From NCBI GenBank assembly GCA_040954595.2, contig CM082578.2, forward strand, positions 13,670,304 to 13,734,303: DNA of 64,000 nt. The letters are read 5' to 3'. The notes beneath the pieces were generated by a model. It saw nothing but the letters and a program-made list of their open reading frames with translations, did no database searches and was not told where the DNA came from. This document shows, piece after piece, positions 1 to 21,353 of this stretch (position 1 is the first letter of the stretch; the number at the start of each line of letters is the position of its first letter). Position numbers and translations under genes: made by a program. This stretch comes from Balanoglossus misakiensis. Taxonomy: Eukaryota; Animalia; Hemichordata.

Positions 1-3000
1 TCTGCAGAACTTTGTGGCAGAGCGTTCATTGGAAAATGGGGATTGGAAGACATGTATACAAATGAAATAATTGCATTTCCGATATCGTTTGAAGGGTTTT
101 GCTTTGGTCACATCCTGTAATGGCTGCCTGGCGGACCTATTTCCTGAGTGTCGGTATATAACAGTCCCTGTCTTCTTGTGATCTACAGTGTGATTTCTCA
201 CTGAGCTGTGTAAAATTATTCTAAAGAAAATACGATTAGGCAGCATTTCCTTGACATGTAGCTTATGTATGACCAGCAGTTTAGTAGTGAGCTATGGATT
301 GGAGTTGTCCCATGACAGAGGCTCCTGAAAGACAGTAATTGAAATTTTGTGCTTGGAGTGTGAAATCCATTTCAAGCATGGCAGCTATCCAAGTCATTGT
401 GGCAGGATGAAAAGCCGATCAGAATGTAGAAGTAGTACCGGTACTAGTTATTCTGAAAAGATACAAAATGAAGCCCCATTACCAAAACATTACATCAATT
501 CCGCTGTCAGACTATTAAAGTTGTCTTAAATGTGTGTTCATAGATAGAAGATTTTGTACTAAATATTCCTGATTTATTTACTTTCATATCCGTTCTTTTT
601 TATAAAAGATGTAAATATATTATGTGGAAGTTGTATGATTCTGAATATGATCATTTTTGAATGATACATTTTATGGACTCTATGTATTAAGTTTTCTGTG
701 TGGTTGTTATGTTACTTCCATGATTTGATCCAAGTGATCAGAATTGTCCTTACTCCCTAAACACACCCGTATTTGTACATGTACACAGACAGACACACTA
801 CACACATTTGTTCTGTGGGTCTAGTCCTCATAGCAGAACCGGAAATAATTATAAGATAGAAGGATCTTAAACTATCCTGTCATGGGTCAGATGTCTGGGA
901 TATTGGAGGCAGTCTCTTAGTCTTATGTTACCATTTTATTTCATTTCATGTCAGATGTCTAATAAATTTTTTACAACAAGAAGTGATGTGTTACTTCTCC
1001 GCCTTCCGTCCTGTGACAGACAGTTTGAAGTCAGAGTCAGCTGTTGACAGGGTCTTTCTAGGGACAGATTTTGTTCAGACACATCTCTTAAAATAAAGTA
1101 CTGGTAGACTTTGGGGATTGATAGAAGCTGATATCATGAACAGGTGGACGTGATACATGAGGAATAGAACGTAGCAAAGATGGATAATAATCAGTCTAAA
1201 ATATGTTGTATTTAGTGTACAATTTCACAAATTTAGCTTTACCCATAATACAATTCAACATCCTGTGATTTGACCCCCTAGCTTTATCTGTAAAGTCAAG
1301 TCTTGAGAATTCTAAATTTAGGATGGTATACTAAAACTAATAGATTGTCTGATGCCCAAGTACTCTTCCTGTGGCTGAGACTACTGCGGCCATTCTATAT
1401 ATCACGCGGAAGGAAATCTATACTTGTGGGAGGCATATATTGACAGCTGTGATGGTCTGGAGAGAAATCTGCAGAGATAATTAACAGCTGTGTTTCCTTA
1501 GGATGTGAAGGAATGTTCTTTTGTAGTGATACTAGTATCAATCTGAATAGGCATTTGGTGCACAGCGTATTAATATTTCACTTTGAACAGGAAATTTGTG
1601 AAATCCTAGTCCTATACTTCAGAAGTCCAGGAAACTTTCGGCACTTCTTGTTTATTTAGGCAGGAATCGTTCAAATATACAAAAAAGTCAAAAGGACACC
1701 CTGGAAGTCCAAGTTGTGATGAAGAACAAACAAATACATTGGAAGATTGAGCTGAAGCATTTGCTTTATATTAGGTCAGATATTTGGTTGAGTAGATCAC
1801 AGTAATCTCTCAGTAGACTGATTTTTACAGATCAAGCAGAATGCACATTAAAGTAGGAATTTGAAATATGTTGAATGGGGTACATGCTTTGTCATGATAT
1901 GGTAACATGAAATATGTTCAACATGATGCATGTAACATGAACAGCTGTTCCAAACCTCAGTAGAATAGGTGCAGTAATATTGGCCACAATTTAACCTTTC
2001 AGATGTTGATACGGTGCAAAATTTCACAGACAGACAGGATGAGAAATCATCCATTAACATTAAACATCACATGGAGATTTAAACAGTGACTTTTCACTAA
2101 GTGATCTTAAGGTCAGGAACAATGATAAAACACAATGTAAGCTCACATCTTTTAGAGTGTATCTGCAAAATTACATGTAGCCGAGAAAAATAGTTTATTT
2201 TATCAGAATCGTAACACACCACCAACTGGTTTGTGTTGCCTTACGGTATCTGCAATAGATCAAGAACACATTAGTTGCTGGTCATTACTGAGATAAAAGA
2301 TTGTAGATTACTGCACGGATATCTTCCAAATGACACAATGTCGAAGTGACTGACATTTCATGATAATGGCTGACTCTCAACCAGTGTAATTAAATTCAGC
2401 TTGATAACCTGTGTCAGGTAATGAGGCGATGCCCTGAATTGTATCATTTGACCTTCCTTGGCATGACTCATATCTCACAGCTACATGTACATGTATTGGA
2501 AAAACATTTGCAGGGCTTTTTGTCTGTGTTGGGGGATTCCAGGAGGGGGCAGAGACAACTGGTCCTGTTTGCCAGATAAGTGGGCTTTACCCAATGACAA
2601 ACCATTCCTGACAACAATGGTTAGTTCTGTAGCTAAATACTTGGACATATGGGTATTGCAGCTAAATATGATTAATTGAAATGAAGGGTTCAAGGCTCAT
2701 GTGTGAGAGCGAATTTCACACTATGCTTGTTATTTATAAAAGACAATATTCCTGGAAATATGTGTTTTTACTTTCAAAAAAAGGATTGTTGAAGTAATGA
2801 CGTGGGTGTTAAAGGCGTATTGGGGATGGGCAGTGATCTGTAAACATGATATAGTGGTATGTGGATAAGACGTCTAGTCACTTGGGAGCGGTGTGTTTGT
2901 GGATATGGATATGTGCACACGTTGAAGGAAGTCACAAATGAATGACTTTGAAAAGGAACATACATGTACTTGATGACATATTGCTTGGTATTTCAAATGT

Positions 3001-4340
3001 TATTTTGTGACAGGACTATGTCTAACCTGATGAAACCATTGTGAAACTGTCCACCAGTTCACTTTTAACGTATCCCACCACCAGTGTGGTTCATACTGCC
3101 TGTCTTCCAGTGCAAGAGAGACCTTGACTTAAAAATTTACCACTTGTTCCTCACACACTGACCCTGTTCAATGGCTGTCCTTCACCAATAGGCCTAGATT
3201 TCCGGTGATAGACTAGTTGACAGAAGCAAATACACATGGTCTTCTGGTGATTCTAATTGAAGAGAAGCAGGGGTGAAAGGGTTAAATGAAACTCAACCTC
3301 CCCACAGTCACTATGTATGCAGCCAGTGACATTTATCACTCCCTAGTACACAGGTCCATGTTTGTGCTAATGGTCATTAACATAACTTCCTATTGCAAGT
3401 TAGTTAGAAAGAAACAGGTCAGCGGTAATAGAATTCAATTATGATATGATCAGATGTCACCCTGGATAATACATTCATGCGAATGATGGAGAAAAAATAC
3501 ACAGATGTGACATGTCATGAATGTAATTAGCAGGGCCAGTGTATATGCTCCGGCTGCATTCCTGGAATTCTCAATTTAAAAATGGGAAGTTGTGGCTGAG
3601 ATGATGATGCTTATCATAGCTTGCATCTTTGTTCCAGTCCATCAGACTGTAGTGAAATGATAGCAGAGAGGCCAGCAGAAGGAATTTAGTCTGCAACCTT
3701 GACACGGCACGTATGCTTAAGTCTGTGTCTTTAGTCTGATTGTCAGTTGTCTTGTTTTCCGGTGAACCATTTGCGCAAAGCATCTTATTTAAAAGGTTAT
3801 TTCGGATACTGCGCTGTGGTTATGCTCCAGTGATGCATTGAATGTGTTTTCAGTAATCTACAGTTGCAGTGTATATTCTCAGTGCAAAGTTTGGAAAATA
3901 CATGTAAATAAAAATCACATTGCACAAAAGAAGTCTTTTGAATCGTATCGGTGTTTTTAAACAGAATTGTTTCCCTTATCAATTTAAAGCAGTGTGAGAT
4001 TGATTTTCTGACTTTCTTAAGTCAAAATATGTATCAAGTATCAAATAGTTTTGGGTTTATGTTTAACACTACAGCTAGCACTTTTGGCTTGATGCCACAA
4101 AGTATAAATGTCAAATGGTAGTAGTCTATAAGCTGTGGAGTCAAAGGGTTAAAAGGGTAAAAAAGTACATGTAGTTTAGGAAAACCAGGTCAGGATTGTT
4201 CTGATTACTCACACCTACACTTACATAGACATGCAGGTGTGCCAGGGTTACTACGTGTAATATTGAAAGTGTCAAAATATGTTGTATTCTTTAATAGTCA
4301 GTATTCTAAATACCAGTTTCTCTGTCTGCTATGTTTGTAG

Positions 4341-7300
4341 GTCAGTGAAGCTGGTAGCAGGGAACTTCCAGGATGGCTCTATTTCAACCAAGTCACCCAC
4401 TCCATGGAAGGTATCCCGACAGAGGAGGATCTGGACCAGTATTACATCTCTCTAACTGCCTATGGACATGAAAGTAATGGCTCAAAGAAGGCAACTGATG
4501 TATTTTCCATCAATGTTGCCCAAGAAGTCTCTGTAGAATCCCAAGGTGGTGGGGCAACTCCTCTGAGAGAGTTCAGTAAAACCGGCCGAGTGAAATGTGC
4601 AGCAGGGTTACCAGAAGCATCGGCAACAATTATCCTCGATGCCGATTGGTCCAAAATGTCACCCAAGGAGCGTGTGCATTCAATTGAACGAATGGCGGAC
4701 TATTCAGGCTTTGAAAGAAATTTGTTTAAGTTGCTTCCGGCCGGGAAGGGTGGCTTATTTGACTCGGGGGCTCTGGTAGCCGGGCCTGGAAATATCAAGA
4801 AGCAGAACTACCCGGGAATTCTCCTCTCATGGCCCGTAGGCTGTGGTTACGATGTTAACAAACTGCCGGTTGTCACGGTGATTGAATCTACCTCCAGGGA
4901 TGGTGCCCTCGCCAAGAACATCGGCCATGATGTGATCGGTTGGCACATCAAGCATTCTCAGCCGCACATGTCCAAGAGAATGAAGCGACAGATAGCAGCA
5001 ATGGCCACTCCAGTGCCCACAGCCGTACCTACCAAGCCTGCCCCAACAACAGCCACTGAAGCGATGGAGTCGACTGCCATTCCATCAAGCCGTGTTGTTC
5101 CCAGTGAAACTTCACCCGTTATGTCGGAAGCTATCCGCACAGCCACCAAAATTGCCCCAACAAAGAGTATGACTCCCACCGTGAAGCCGACAGATACAAA
5201 GGTGAGGACTCCATCGGCGTCTCCAACCCAGAAGATGCCACCGAAATCGAAGACAGCCGGTATGGTGACACACATGCCAATGCCAACACCCACACCTACC
5301 AAGCCAGTCACCACAACCGAAGGGCCCAGTCGCACTTTCACCCAGCCGTCAGAGACCGAAGGATTGACTGCTGTGCCCACCATGTCCAGCTCAGTTATCC
5401 GGACACCAATGCCCGTAACACCAACCCCAGCTCCTCCCACTGTTAAGCCTCCTAACAGAGCACCAGTGGTTAGAAAACCCATTGGCACATTGCAAGCTTA
5501 TGTAGGCGAGAGGTTTGACTACCGCGTACCAAAGGATACGTTCTATGACGAAGAAGATGGAAAGACGCGCAGCCTGAAACTCATGTTCCTGACCACAGAT
5601 GGCATTGTTGTCGATAAGAGCTCCTGGGTTCAGTTCACCACAAAAGCTCAGACTCTCTCTGGAACACCGACAGAGGCCGTAGCCTCCACCGCACGCCAGT
5701 ATGTGATGGTAGCCATGGACAAAGACGGGAAAACCGCAATGGACAAGTTTACCATCGAGGTCATCTCACGCGTCACTGAAGCACCGAACTCGCCACCAGA
5801 GTTGACGAATCACGTGGATATGGTGTCATGTTATGAAGGCGAGGTACTGAACTTCACCATCCCGGAAGATACCTTCTATGATGCAGAAGACGGCGCAACG
5901 CGTAATCTCATGTTGGAACTTCAAACTGTTAACGGCAAAGCGGTACCAATGGATGGTTGGATCAAACTGGATGCAGATACCCAGACCCTGTATGGCCTAC
6001 CGATGAACAGACAGATTGGTCGACTTGAATTTGTTTTAGTTGCGAAAGACAGTCGAGGTGCCCCCGCCACAGATACATTTGAGATTGAAGTCATGCCAAT
6101 GGAACACCCACCTAACCACGAGTTCAGCATAGCGCTGAGTCAACCATCTGCAGAGTTTGAAAATGATGTTCTGAAGAGAATTGATCTGGTCAATAGACTT
6201 GCAACGATGTACGGAGATGCCAATCCCAATTCCATCACCGTCTTGTATTTCAAGAAGGATCCCACCGTGTTGGGATGGACCAACAACACGCTGCCGTATG
6301 AGCCTTGCCCAGTCAGCCAGTTTGGAGAGCTTTCGAAGAAACTCACATCTCATAGTCACGAAACCGATCCAAGCAGGGCCCTGAGAAATGTCATGATGCC
6401 AGAATACCATGTGACAAGAGTGGAACGAAAGCTGGCTGGAGTGTGTGCAGAGTCCAACAAGAAACCAGACTTGCTGAATCACATTGATCGTGTGGTTGCA
6501 TACGAAGGCGAAATGCTGAACTTCCGAATTCCAGAAGACACATTCTATGATCAAGAAGATGGCACAACACGCAACTTGACCCTGCAGTTCGAGACCATCT
6601 ATGGCAAAGTCACCCACAAGAATTCCTGGGTGCAGTTTGATCCAGTCTCCCAGGCCCTGTACGGTTTACCCATGAGCGAGCAAGCCGGAAAGCATGAGTA
6701 CATCATCGCTGCCATTGACAGCGGCGGGATGGTTACAAGAGATGCCTTTGAGATCGAAGTCTTGCCAAGCTTGCATAAAGCCAACCACGAATTCAACATG
6801 ACTTTGGCGAATGATTTGGAGGAATTTGAGTCGGATGTGAACAAGAAAATCGACCTGATAAATAGAATTGCTAGTCTGTACGGTAATGAGAATTCCAACG
6901 CCATCACTGTGTTGTACTTCAAGAAAGGTTCCACTGTGTTCGGATGGACAAACAACTCGTTACCTTACGAACCTTGTCCAATGTCTGAATTTGAAGAGCT
7001 TGCAAAAGTCGTCATTTCAAATGGTCATAAAGGTGAGCCAAGCCAGGCTCTCAAAGATGCTCTCGCTCCCGACTACGTGATTACAAAGGTGTATCTAAAA
7101 CCTGTTGGTTCCTGTCTTGATAGCCAGATGACCACTGAAGAACCAGTGGGTCCGGGACTCTCAGGTTCTGCTCAGGCCACCAGTGAGGAAAGTATCTGGT
7201 TGATCACCATCGTTCCCGCCGTGGTCATAGCTGTGGTCCTGCTGATCGGTGGACTTGTGGCATTTGTTCTGTACAGAACATGTCGCAAGGGCAAGCTGTC

Positions 7301-7625
7301 TGATGAAGATGAAAACACTTTTATCAAGAAGGGCATCCCAATCATCTTTGCCAGTGAACTTGAAGAGACGGAGAAACCCCCATCCTCGAAGACTCCGCTG
7401 ATCTTGAGAGAAGAGAAACCACCACTGCCACCAGAGTATCCCAGGCAGGATTCTCCAAGCAATCAGCCGCTGCTTTCAGGAGCTCAACCAGATGATGATG
7501 AGGATGGATCTGCTTCTCCACCGTACCAACGACCACCACCGTTCTCTTCTTCACCCGAAAGTCGCAGTGCCAGACCTCACTTCACACCAGCATATAGAGC
7601 CCCTCCACCATACGTACCACCATAA
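4341..7625 (+). CDS. DAG1: Dystroglycan, large terminal coding exon (upstream exons lie outside the window; 1-4340 is intron)
   Basis: Acceptor tttgtag|GTC at 4340/4341 is in frame with the 1073-aa ORF. Seen in order: N-terminal Ig/S6-like region, furin-type site KRMKR|QI, Thr/Pro-rich mucin region, cadherin-like Ig repeats (..F.IPEDTFYD.EDG.TR.L.L), SEA-like modules (WTNN.LPYEPCP), one TM helix (IWLITIVPAVVIAVVLLIGGLVAFVLY), and a cytoplasmic tail with KKGIPIIFASELEE ending in the PPxY-containing PPPYVPP. Confidence 0.96.
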   Translation, partial: VSEAGSRELPGWLYFNQVTHSMEGIPTEEDLDQYYISLTAYGHESNGSKKATDVFSINVAQEVSVESQGGGATPLREFSKTGRVKCAAGLPEASATIILDADWSKMSPKERVHSIERMADYSGFERNLFKLLPAGKGGLFDSGALVAGPGNIKKQNYPGILLSWPVGCGYDVNKLPVVTVIESTSRDGALAKNIGHDVIGWHIKHSQPHMSKRMKRQIAAMATPVPTAVPTKPAPTTATEAMESTAIPSSRVVPSETSPVMSEAIRTATKIAPTKSMTPTVKPTDTKVRTPSASPTQKMPPKSKTAGMVTHMPMPTPTPTKPVTTTEGPSRTFTQPSETEGLTAVPTMSSSVIRTPMPVTPTPAPPTVKPPNRAPVVRKPIGTLQAYVGERFDYRVPKDTFYDEEDGKTRSLKLMFLTTDGIVVDKSSWVQFTTKAQTLSGTPTEAVASTARQYVMVAMDKDGKTAMDKFTIEVISRVTEAPNSPPELTNHVDMVSCYEGEVLNFTIPEDTFYDAEDGATRNLMLELQTVNGKAVPMDGWIKLDADTQTLYGLPMNRQIGRLEFVLVAKDSRGAPATDTFEIEVMPMEHPPNHEFSIALSQPSAEFENDVLKRIDLVNRLATMYGDANPNSITVLYFKKDPTVLGWTNNTLPYEPCPVSQFGELSKKLTSHSHETDPSRALRNVMMPEYHVTRVERKLAGVCAESNKKPDLLNHIDRVVAYEGEMLNFRIPEDTFYDQEDGTTRNLTLQFETIYGKVTHKNSWVQFDPVSQALYGLPMSEQAGKHEYIIAAIDSGGMVTRDAFEIEVLPSLHKANHEFNMTLANDLEEFESDVNKKIDLINRIASLYGNENSNAITVLYFKKGSTVFGWTNNSLPYEPCPMSEFEELAKVVISNGHKGEPSQALKDALAPDYVITKVYLKPVGSCLDSQMTTEEPVGPGLSGSAQATSEESIWLITIVPAVVIAVVLLIGGLVAFVLYRTCRKGKLSDEDENTFIKKGIPIIFASELEETEKPPSSKTPLILREEKPPLPPEYPRQDSPSNQPLLSGAQPDDDEDGSASPPYQRPPPFSSSPESRSARPHFTPAYRAPPPYVPP

Positions 7626-10601
7626 GAACCATCGGTAACAAACAAAAAAAATCTGGGCGGAATTATTTCAGAACAGCAGTGACCTCAGAAGATATGGAAA
7701 ACCTTAATTTTTACAACTGATTTTTTTAAATTCTTAAAAGTGGGTAACGCAAGTGGGAGACTGGTGTCTTGACTGGCACTGATTTACTGTTGCTGTTGTT
7801 TGTAATAATTTCCTCCAGTGAAGGGGAGGTGTTTTTGATGTAGGGGAAAAGATGTAGGGAAAAACTAAATCAATATCAGCAGTTTGATGATTAGAAGAAT
7901 CGGTAATCATGCTTAAAGTTGAAATGTTGACCAGAAGAGCCAAATACACAAACATACACACACACAAAAATACACAAACAACAACAATGACATCGGTCAA
8001 CAATTCATACAAACTTTTTCTGTGTTCATTTGATGCGAAATGTTCACAGAACTACAACTCTTGTTTCAATGATGTCTTCTGAAATCTCAAGTTTTGCATA
8101 AATGTTTCAAACAACACAAACAAATAACCTCATTTTAATGGATCAAATGTTGTTTGCATTGAAATTCAAATAGTCCATGATTCAGATAGTTTAAGAGACC
8201 GAGAGAATAATGGCACTATTCACATATAAAAAGGACCAAAGTAGGGTGAAATTATATAGTACATTATCATCACAATCGCACCCATGAAACTGTTTCAATG
8301 TACAATTAAATCTGAATAGGAAAAAAAATCAGAATCAACTTGTTTTATAGCTGAAATAATACATATTCAATTTTCAGGTATACATTTTCAGTTGTTTTGA
8401 AGGTTATATTAACATATATGATAATGTCAGGTCCGACAGAGTGTACTCAACAGATATATTGCCATATTTACACTTTCAAAATTGTTGATTTATTCTTTAT
8501 ATTTATTCCTTTCTCAAACCATCTTCAGATTAACCATCAGCTCCAGAATAAACGAAACAAATAGAGCAAGACCATTGAAGTATATAAACCCTTGACGAAT
8601 TTAAAATCTAATAATTAATCATTATACTAGTAATTTTATAATGTATAGACTTAACGTTGGTTGACACTAGAAATAACCAGACCATGCCATTCATAATAAC
8701 TGTGATATACAACGAAAATGTAGATTATTTACCAAGGATATTGTCACGATTGGCAGACATTTTTCAGCCAAAGTTAAAGGTTAGAATACACACAGTAGGA
8801 GATTTGTCTTAGGGTAACTGTTACCTTCAGGCCATTGACTTATGAAAGTTACTTTCTAGTCTGTTCAGTGCAAATTCTCCTTGAACTCATGAAAAATTGG
8901 ATGACTGATGTTGAATCGGCACCAGACCATATAATAATCTTGACTCTGTTTTTTTGAGAAGTCGGATGATAACACTTGAGAAAGTAATCGTTTCTAAAAA
9001 AAATCGAACTTTTTTGTAATCGTTTCAGATATCTTGTGAGCTTTTTAGTGCCAACTGTAATATTTAATCCATTTTCATATGAGTGTTTTTTTGAAATGTT
9101 TGTTTTCAGCATTAAGGGTGAAGACCAATCAAGTTAAAAATTGTGATGTATACGTCCCAGGTGGTGATGTTAATTTAGTGTGCTCTGTAGGCTTCCATTA
9201 TCTTTGACGTTTCTTGTCACACTACAGTATATTATTTCTTCTTCTGTTAACTTGAATATGACATTCTTTGTATAACTACAACAGTTATTTTATGTTTTAT
9301 AAATATAAATATATAATAATATTATCTCACATATAACCCATATTTCTGTGGCTTTGAACATTCGGTATTTGTATACTAGTAACGTTGCAGTTTGGCTTGG
9401 TGTATCTGCTCAATGTACAGACTCTATTGCAGGGATGAATTCTCCCTCCCCTCCTGTCCAATGGATTAACCATAATAAGTTCAGAAAAACTGTAGGGTCA
9501 TACCATTGTTCAATTGAATAAGTGTGGGAGAACCATTTTTTTTGGCATTGAATTTTTAGATCAGTGTAGATGGAAGTCTTTTAATAGTGTCTGGATGCAT
9601 AGTCACAAAGTCATCCTTACCGGAGCAGCATTTCATGTTAAGGCTGCATAATGTGGTGCTAACAATATTTTGTTCATCTGTCGTACTGTTCACCTGTTGT
9701 CATTTCCCAGTCTGTTGTCACAAAACACAGTTTTCATCTTCTCTTGGTGATGCCTCTAAGCAGTCACCCACAAATATATATTTCCACTCCCATCAATGCA
9801 AATCTGTACACTTTCTTAGCTTGATGACACTCACTGTACGCTTGAGTCTCTGTATATAAACCCTGTTATCAGAGATTCTAAGCAACAAGAGCAGATACCC
9901 TGCTTAATGTAGTCTATGTAACAGTAGATGGACACAAACGTGTCAAAATAATTTCATAACCGGATTTCTCTGATTTTTTGTTTTTGATGATGTCATATAA
10001 ATCTAATTTTGCAAACTTCCTGCTGACCCCTGTCTACAAGCACACTGTGATGTGTAATTGCCTGTAGTCAGCTTAGTTATTAAAAACAACAATTTTCATT
10101 ACACGTTTTATATTATTGTCTTCATTTTTAGATGTCACCCCGATTTTCATCCAGCCCCAATTATCTGGTCAGCTGTTGTTGGCCTTCAAATGTAGGACAT
10201 ACTCCAACATTGTAACTTGCATATTGATATCAGTGAATGTAGTGAGAACACTGTATGCCAACTGGAGAATACTGGGTCACACTGAAGCTAATGGTTATCT
10301 GAATTCATGGCAGTGAACTGTAAATCGTCATCCAAAGTAAACTGCAATTTCTGAAGATAATGCGGTGACGATGTGGCTGTTGATCCCACGGTTCGGAAGA
10401 AGTCATGAGTTGGGTCCACAGAGGGCGCTAATCACATCCTTTTAGCTAGTCTGGTTCCCTTCCCCAATCCAACCGCTGGCTGCGCTACGCTAAAGGGACA
10501 TTCATTGTGGTAGAGGGACTGTGTTCAGTTTTGCCTTTACAGAGCACATAACTACAAACGCTTAAAATTATCTGTGCTCATAAGTCCCTGCTTAGTTGTT
10601 G

Positions 10602-11693
10602 ATGATGAATTCCTTGGTAACACAGTCGAAACCACAGCCGTCGAATACCGATAAGACTTGGAAGTCGGTGGAAGAAACAAGCGCTCTCTACAGTTGGGAC
10701 TCAACGATACCATCAGCAGAGAATGGCACCAAAAACGAGAAACCCACAGAGACCACAAATTTTGCCACTTTTCCTGCTCTTGGTATGTTTATGTCGTTTA
10801 GCTGTGGTTGCGCGTACGCAAGCATATCTGTCCTTGTTGTTTTAGCATCGAAGGCTGGTGTTTCTCAATTCCAGATGACATTTCTGGCAGACACATTCGG
10901 TTTGCTATTTATCCTGCCCGTCATTATTCACAAATGCATTGATATGAAGATGGAAAGCTGGAGAGATAGAATCTTAGTTGCGGTGTGCTGTGTACTGATG
11001 CCGGGGCAAACTCTCGCTTTGTTCTTCGCTTATCCGAAGGCGCCGATTGGAAACATCACCGCAATTTTACAGGCTGGTATAACGATCTCTGGGTCATTGC
11101 TATCGTGCGTTTGTCTCGGGGAATTTTGCAACAAAGCAGAAGGCATATCATTCGTCCTGTGTGTCACCGGGGTATTGTTAATAACTCGACCGACGTTTCT
11201 GATACCTGGAGAAAGAACTGGGAGCTCGGAGGAAACCACGGCATACATCTTGACGTCATTGGCCTGCGTTATGCACTCCAGTCTTTGTGTGATCACACGT
11301 CATATTAGGGAAAGAGTTCACTTGTTTACGATTTTGTTTTACGCTCACTTGGTTTCCGTCGTATTTCTTAGCGGGATTCCACTATTTGTTTTTTTCCAAC
11401 CAAGCTGGAACTTTGAACTGAAAACTGTATTTATTCTGCTGGGCATGTGTGCAATTCGAATGTGTGCCAGAATAACGCGCTTCAAAAGCGTGCAACTCTT
11501 GCCGATTACAACTGTGGTTCTCCTTTCTAATTCCGATGTTGTGCTGAGCTTTATATTCGATGTTACTCTGTTTGGGAGAGGGATCGACGTACTGGCATAT
11601 GTTGGGTCCGCTTTGATCATACTTGCATCCGCCACCGTGGCAATTCACGCTTATGTTAAAAGTGTGTCATGCGAAAGAAAAGAGGACAAGTGA
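10602..11693 (+). CDS. Intronless EamA/DMT-superfamily transporter, SLC35G-like
   Basis: Single ORF with first ATG at 10602 and about 10 hydrophobic helices in two repeats. Motifs AYPKAPIGNITAI, LSCVCLGE, GVLLITRPTFL and D(V)VLSFIFD..LFG match the SLC35G/EamA pattern. Confidence 0.8.
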   Translation: MMNSLVTQSKPQPSNTDKTWKSVEETSALYSWDSTIPSAENGTKNEKPTETTNFATFPALGMFMSFSCGCAYASISVLVVLASKAGVSQFQMTFLADTFGLLFILPVIIHKCIDMKMESWRDRILVAVCCVLMPGQTLALFFAYPKAPIGNITAILQAGITISGSLLSCVCLGEFCNKAEGISFVLCVTGVLLITRPTFLIPGERTGSSEETTAYILTSLACVMHSSLCVITRHIRERVHLFTILFYAHLVSVVFLSGIPLFVFFQPSWNFELKTVFILLGMCAIRMCARITRFKSVQLLPITTVVLLSNSDVVLSFIFDVTLFGRGIDVLAYVGSALIILASATVAIHAYVKSVSCERKEDK

Positions 11694-12928
11694 ATGAGAT
11701 TAAAATATTTCCCTGGAGTGTAAAATTACTGGTATTAAACCTAACTCTTTTCTTGTCAGGGCCAAGACTTGTTTATTTGAGGGACTGCATCTTTTGGCAG
11801 TTTTCTAGCCATTCCTTGTGAAACTCATGATTGCAAAATATCACTTGTCACTTTTTGTCTTAGATCGATGAGTGTATTGCTTAATGTGCGATTCCTAGAA
11901 AATGATTCGTAAAAATTCCATATAATGTATTTTGATAGTGAAGTTCATTATATTTCATCAGAGCTAAGTAAAAAGGTAAATGGACAATTATAGTTTATAC
12001 CAGATATAGACACGTTTGTCTCATCACACCCGAAAATAGCGTATTCTGTAGCACGTCATTTCCTGTATGTTAAGCGCATTTAGCATTTGTAATATTACAA
12101 TAGAAAAGTATTGGGGCAAGCACGACTTTCGCACGACCAACTTTCCCGTCCAGGTTTCGCTATGTACGTAAAAATCTATGCATAGGAAGAAATCTCGAAA
12201 GAGTAAGTAAAACAAGAGTAGTAATGAAGAAGCCGACACCAATTTATCAGATTTTAAAAGACTCCCTTTATTAAAAAGAATTTTCATAAATGAACCTTTT
12301 TAATTCATCGGTCAGTCAGTAAACATTTTGATGCGACCAAACCCAACCGATAATCGACGAACCCGTGGGTCTTGCATTGTACCTAACGTCTAAACATCTC
12401 TCTGACAAAGATCATTTTAATACCATCGATTCCGAATTGGAATTGGCGGGATTTGTGTTTGTGTGATGAAGCACTTATATATACTGACTGTGTTTATTGA
12501 ACATAACTGGATAATGGGTTTTAACATGACCGACGTTAAATAAAGGCGGGGATGTAGATGTGGTCCCAATTTCACCCGAACGTAGACAGCAGAATATCAC
12601 GGATAGACAAGACAACAATTCGCGAGATTTCCTCCCATCAGGCAAAACTTAATCACATCAAGCACAGAATGCGTTCAGGTTTATAAAATATAACACGAGA
12701 ACGCTCAATACATTTTGATTTTTGAGGATTTATGTCGACCATAAAAAGAAGTACTGACACATTAGTTGTGTTGTTCCAACCACTGAAGATATTATCAAAA
12801 TCTCATTCCATAAAAGTCCACATAGGTCTAGGTCTGCCAAGCGCTAAATCTGTCACAGTGGCAGTGATTGGTCACGACATAGGCCTATAGATCACAAGGG
12901 TGCGTCTCGAACTAAGAAAAATATATGA

Positions 12929-21331
<8,403 letters not shown>

Positions 21332-21332
<1 letters not shown>

Positions 21333-21353
21333 GGTGGTGGTGGTGGTGGTGGT
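21332..21353. repeat. Short (GGT/ACC)n run abutting the SLC6 start codon
   Basis: Minus strand reads accaccaccaccaccaccaccATGG, about 7 units, ending in a strong Kozak context. Confidence 0.85.

Noticed and set aside
4460-7554. Several minus-strand ORFs overlapping dystroglycan
   Set aside because: Antisense shadows of a long coding exon with no recognisable protein features.
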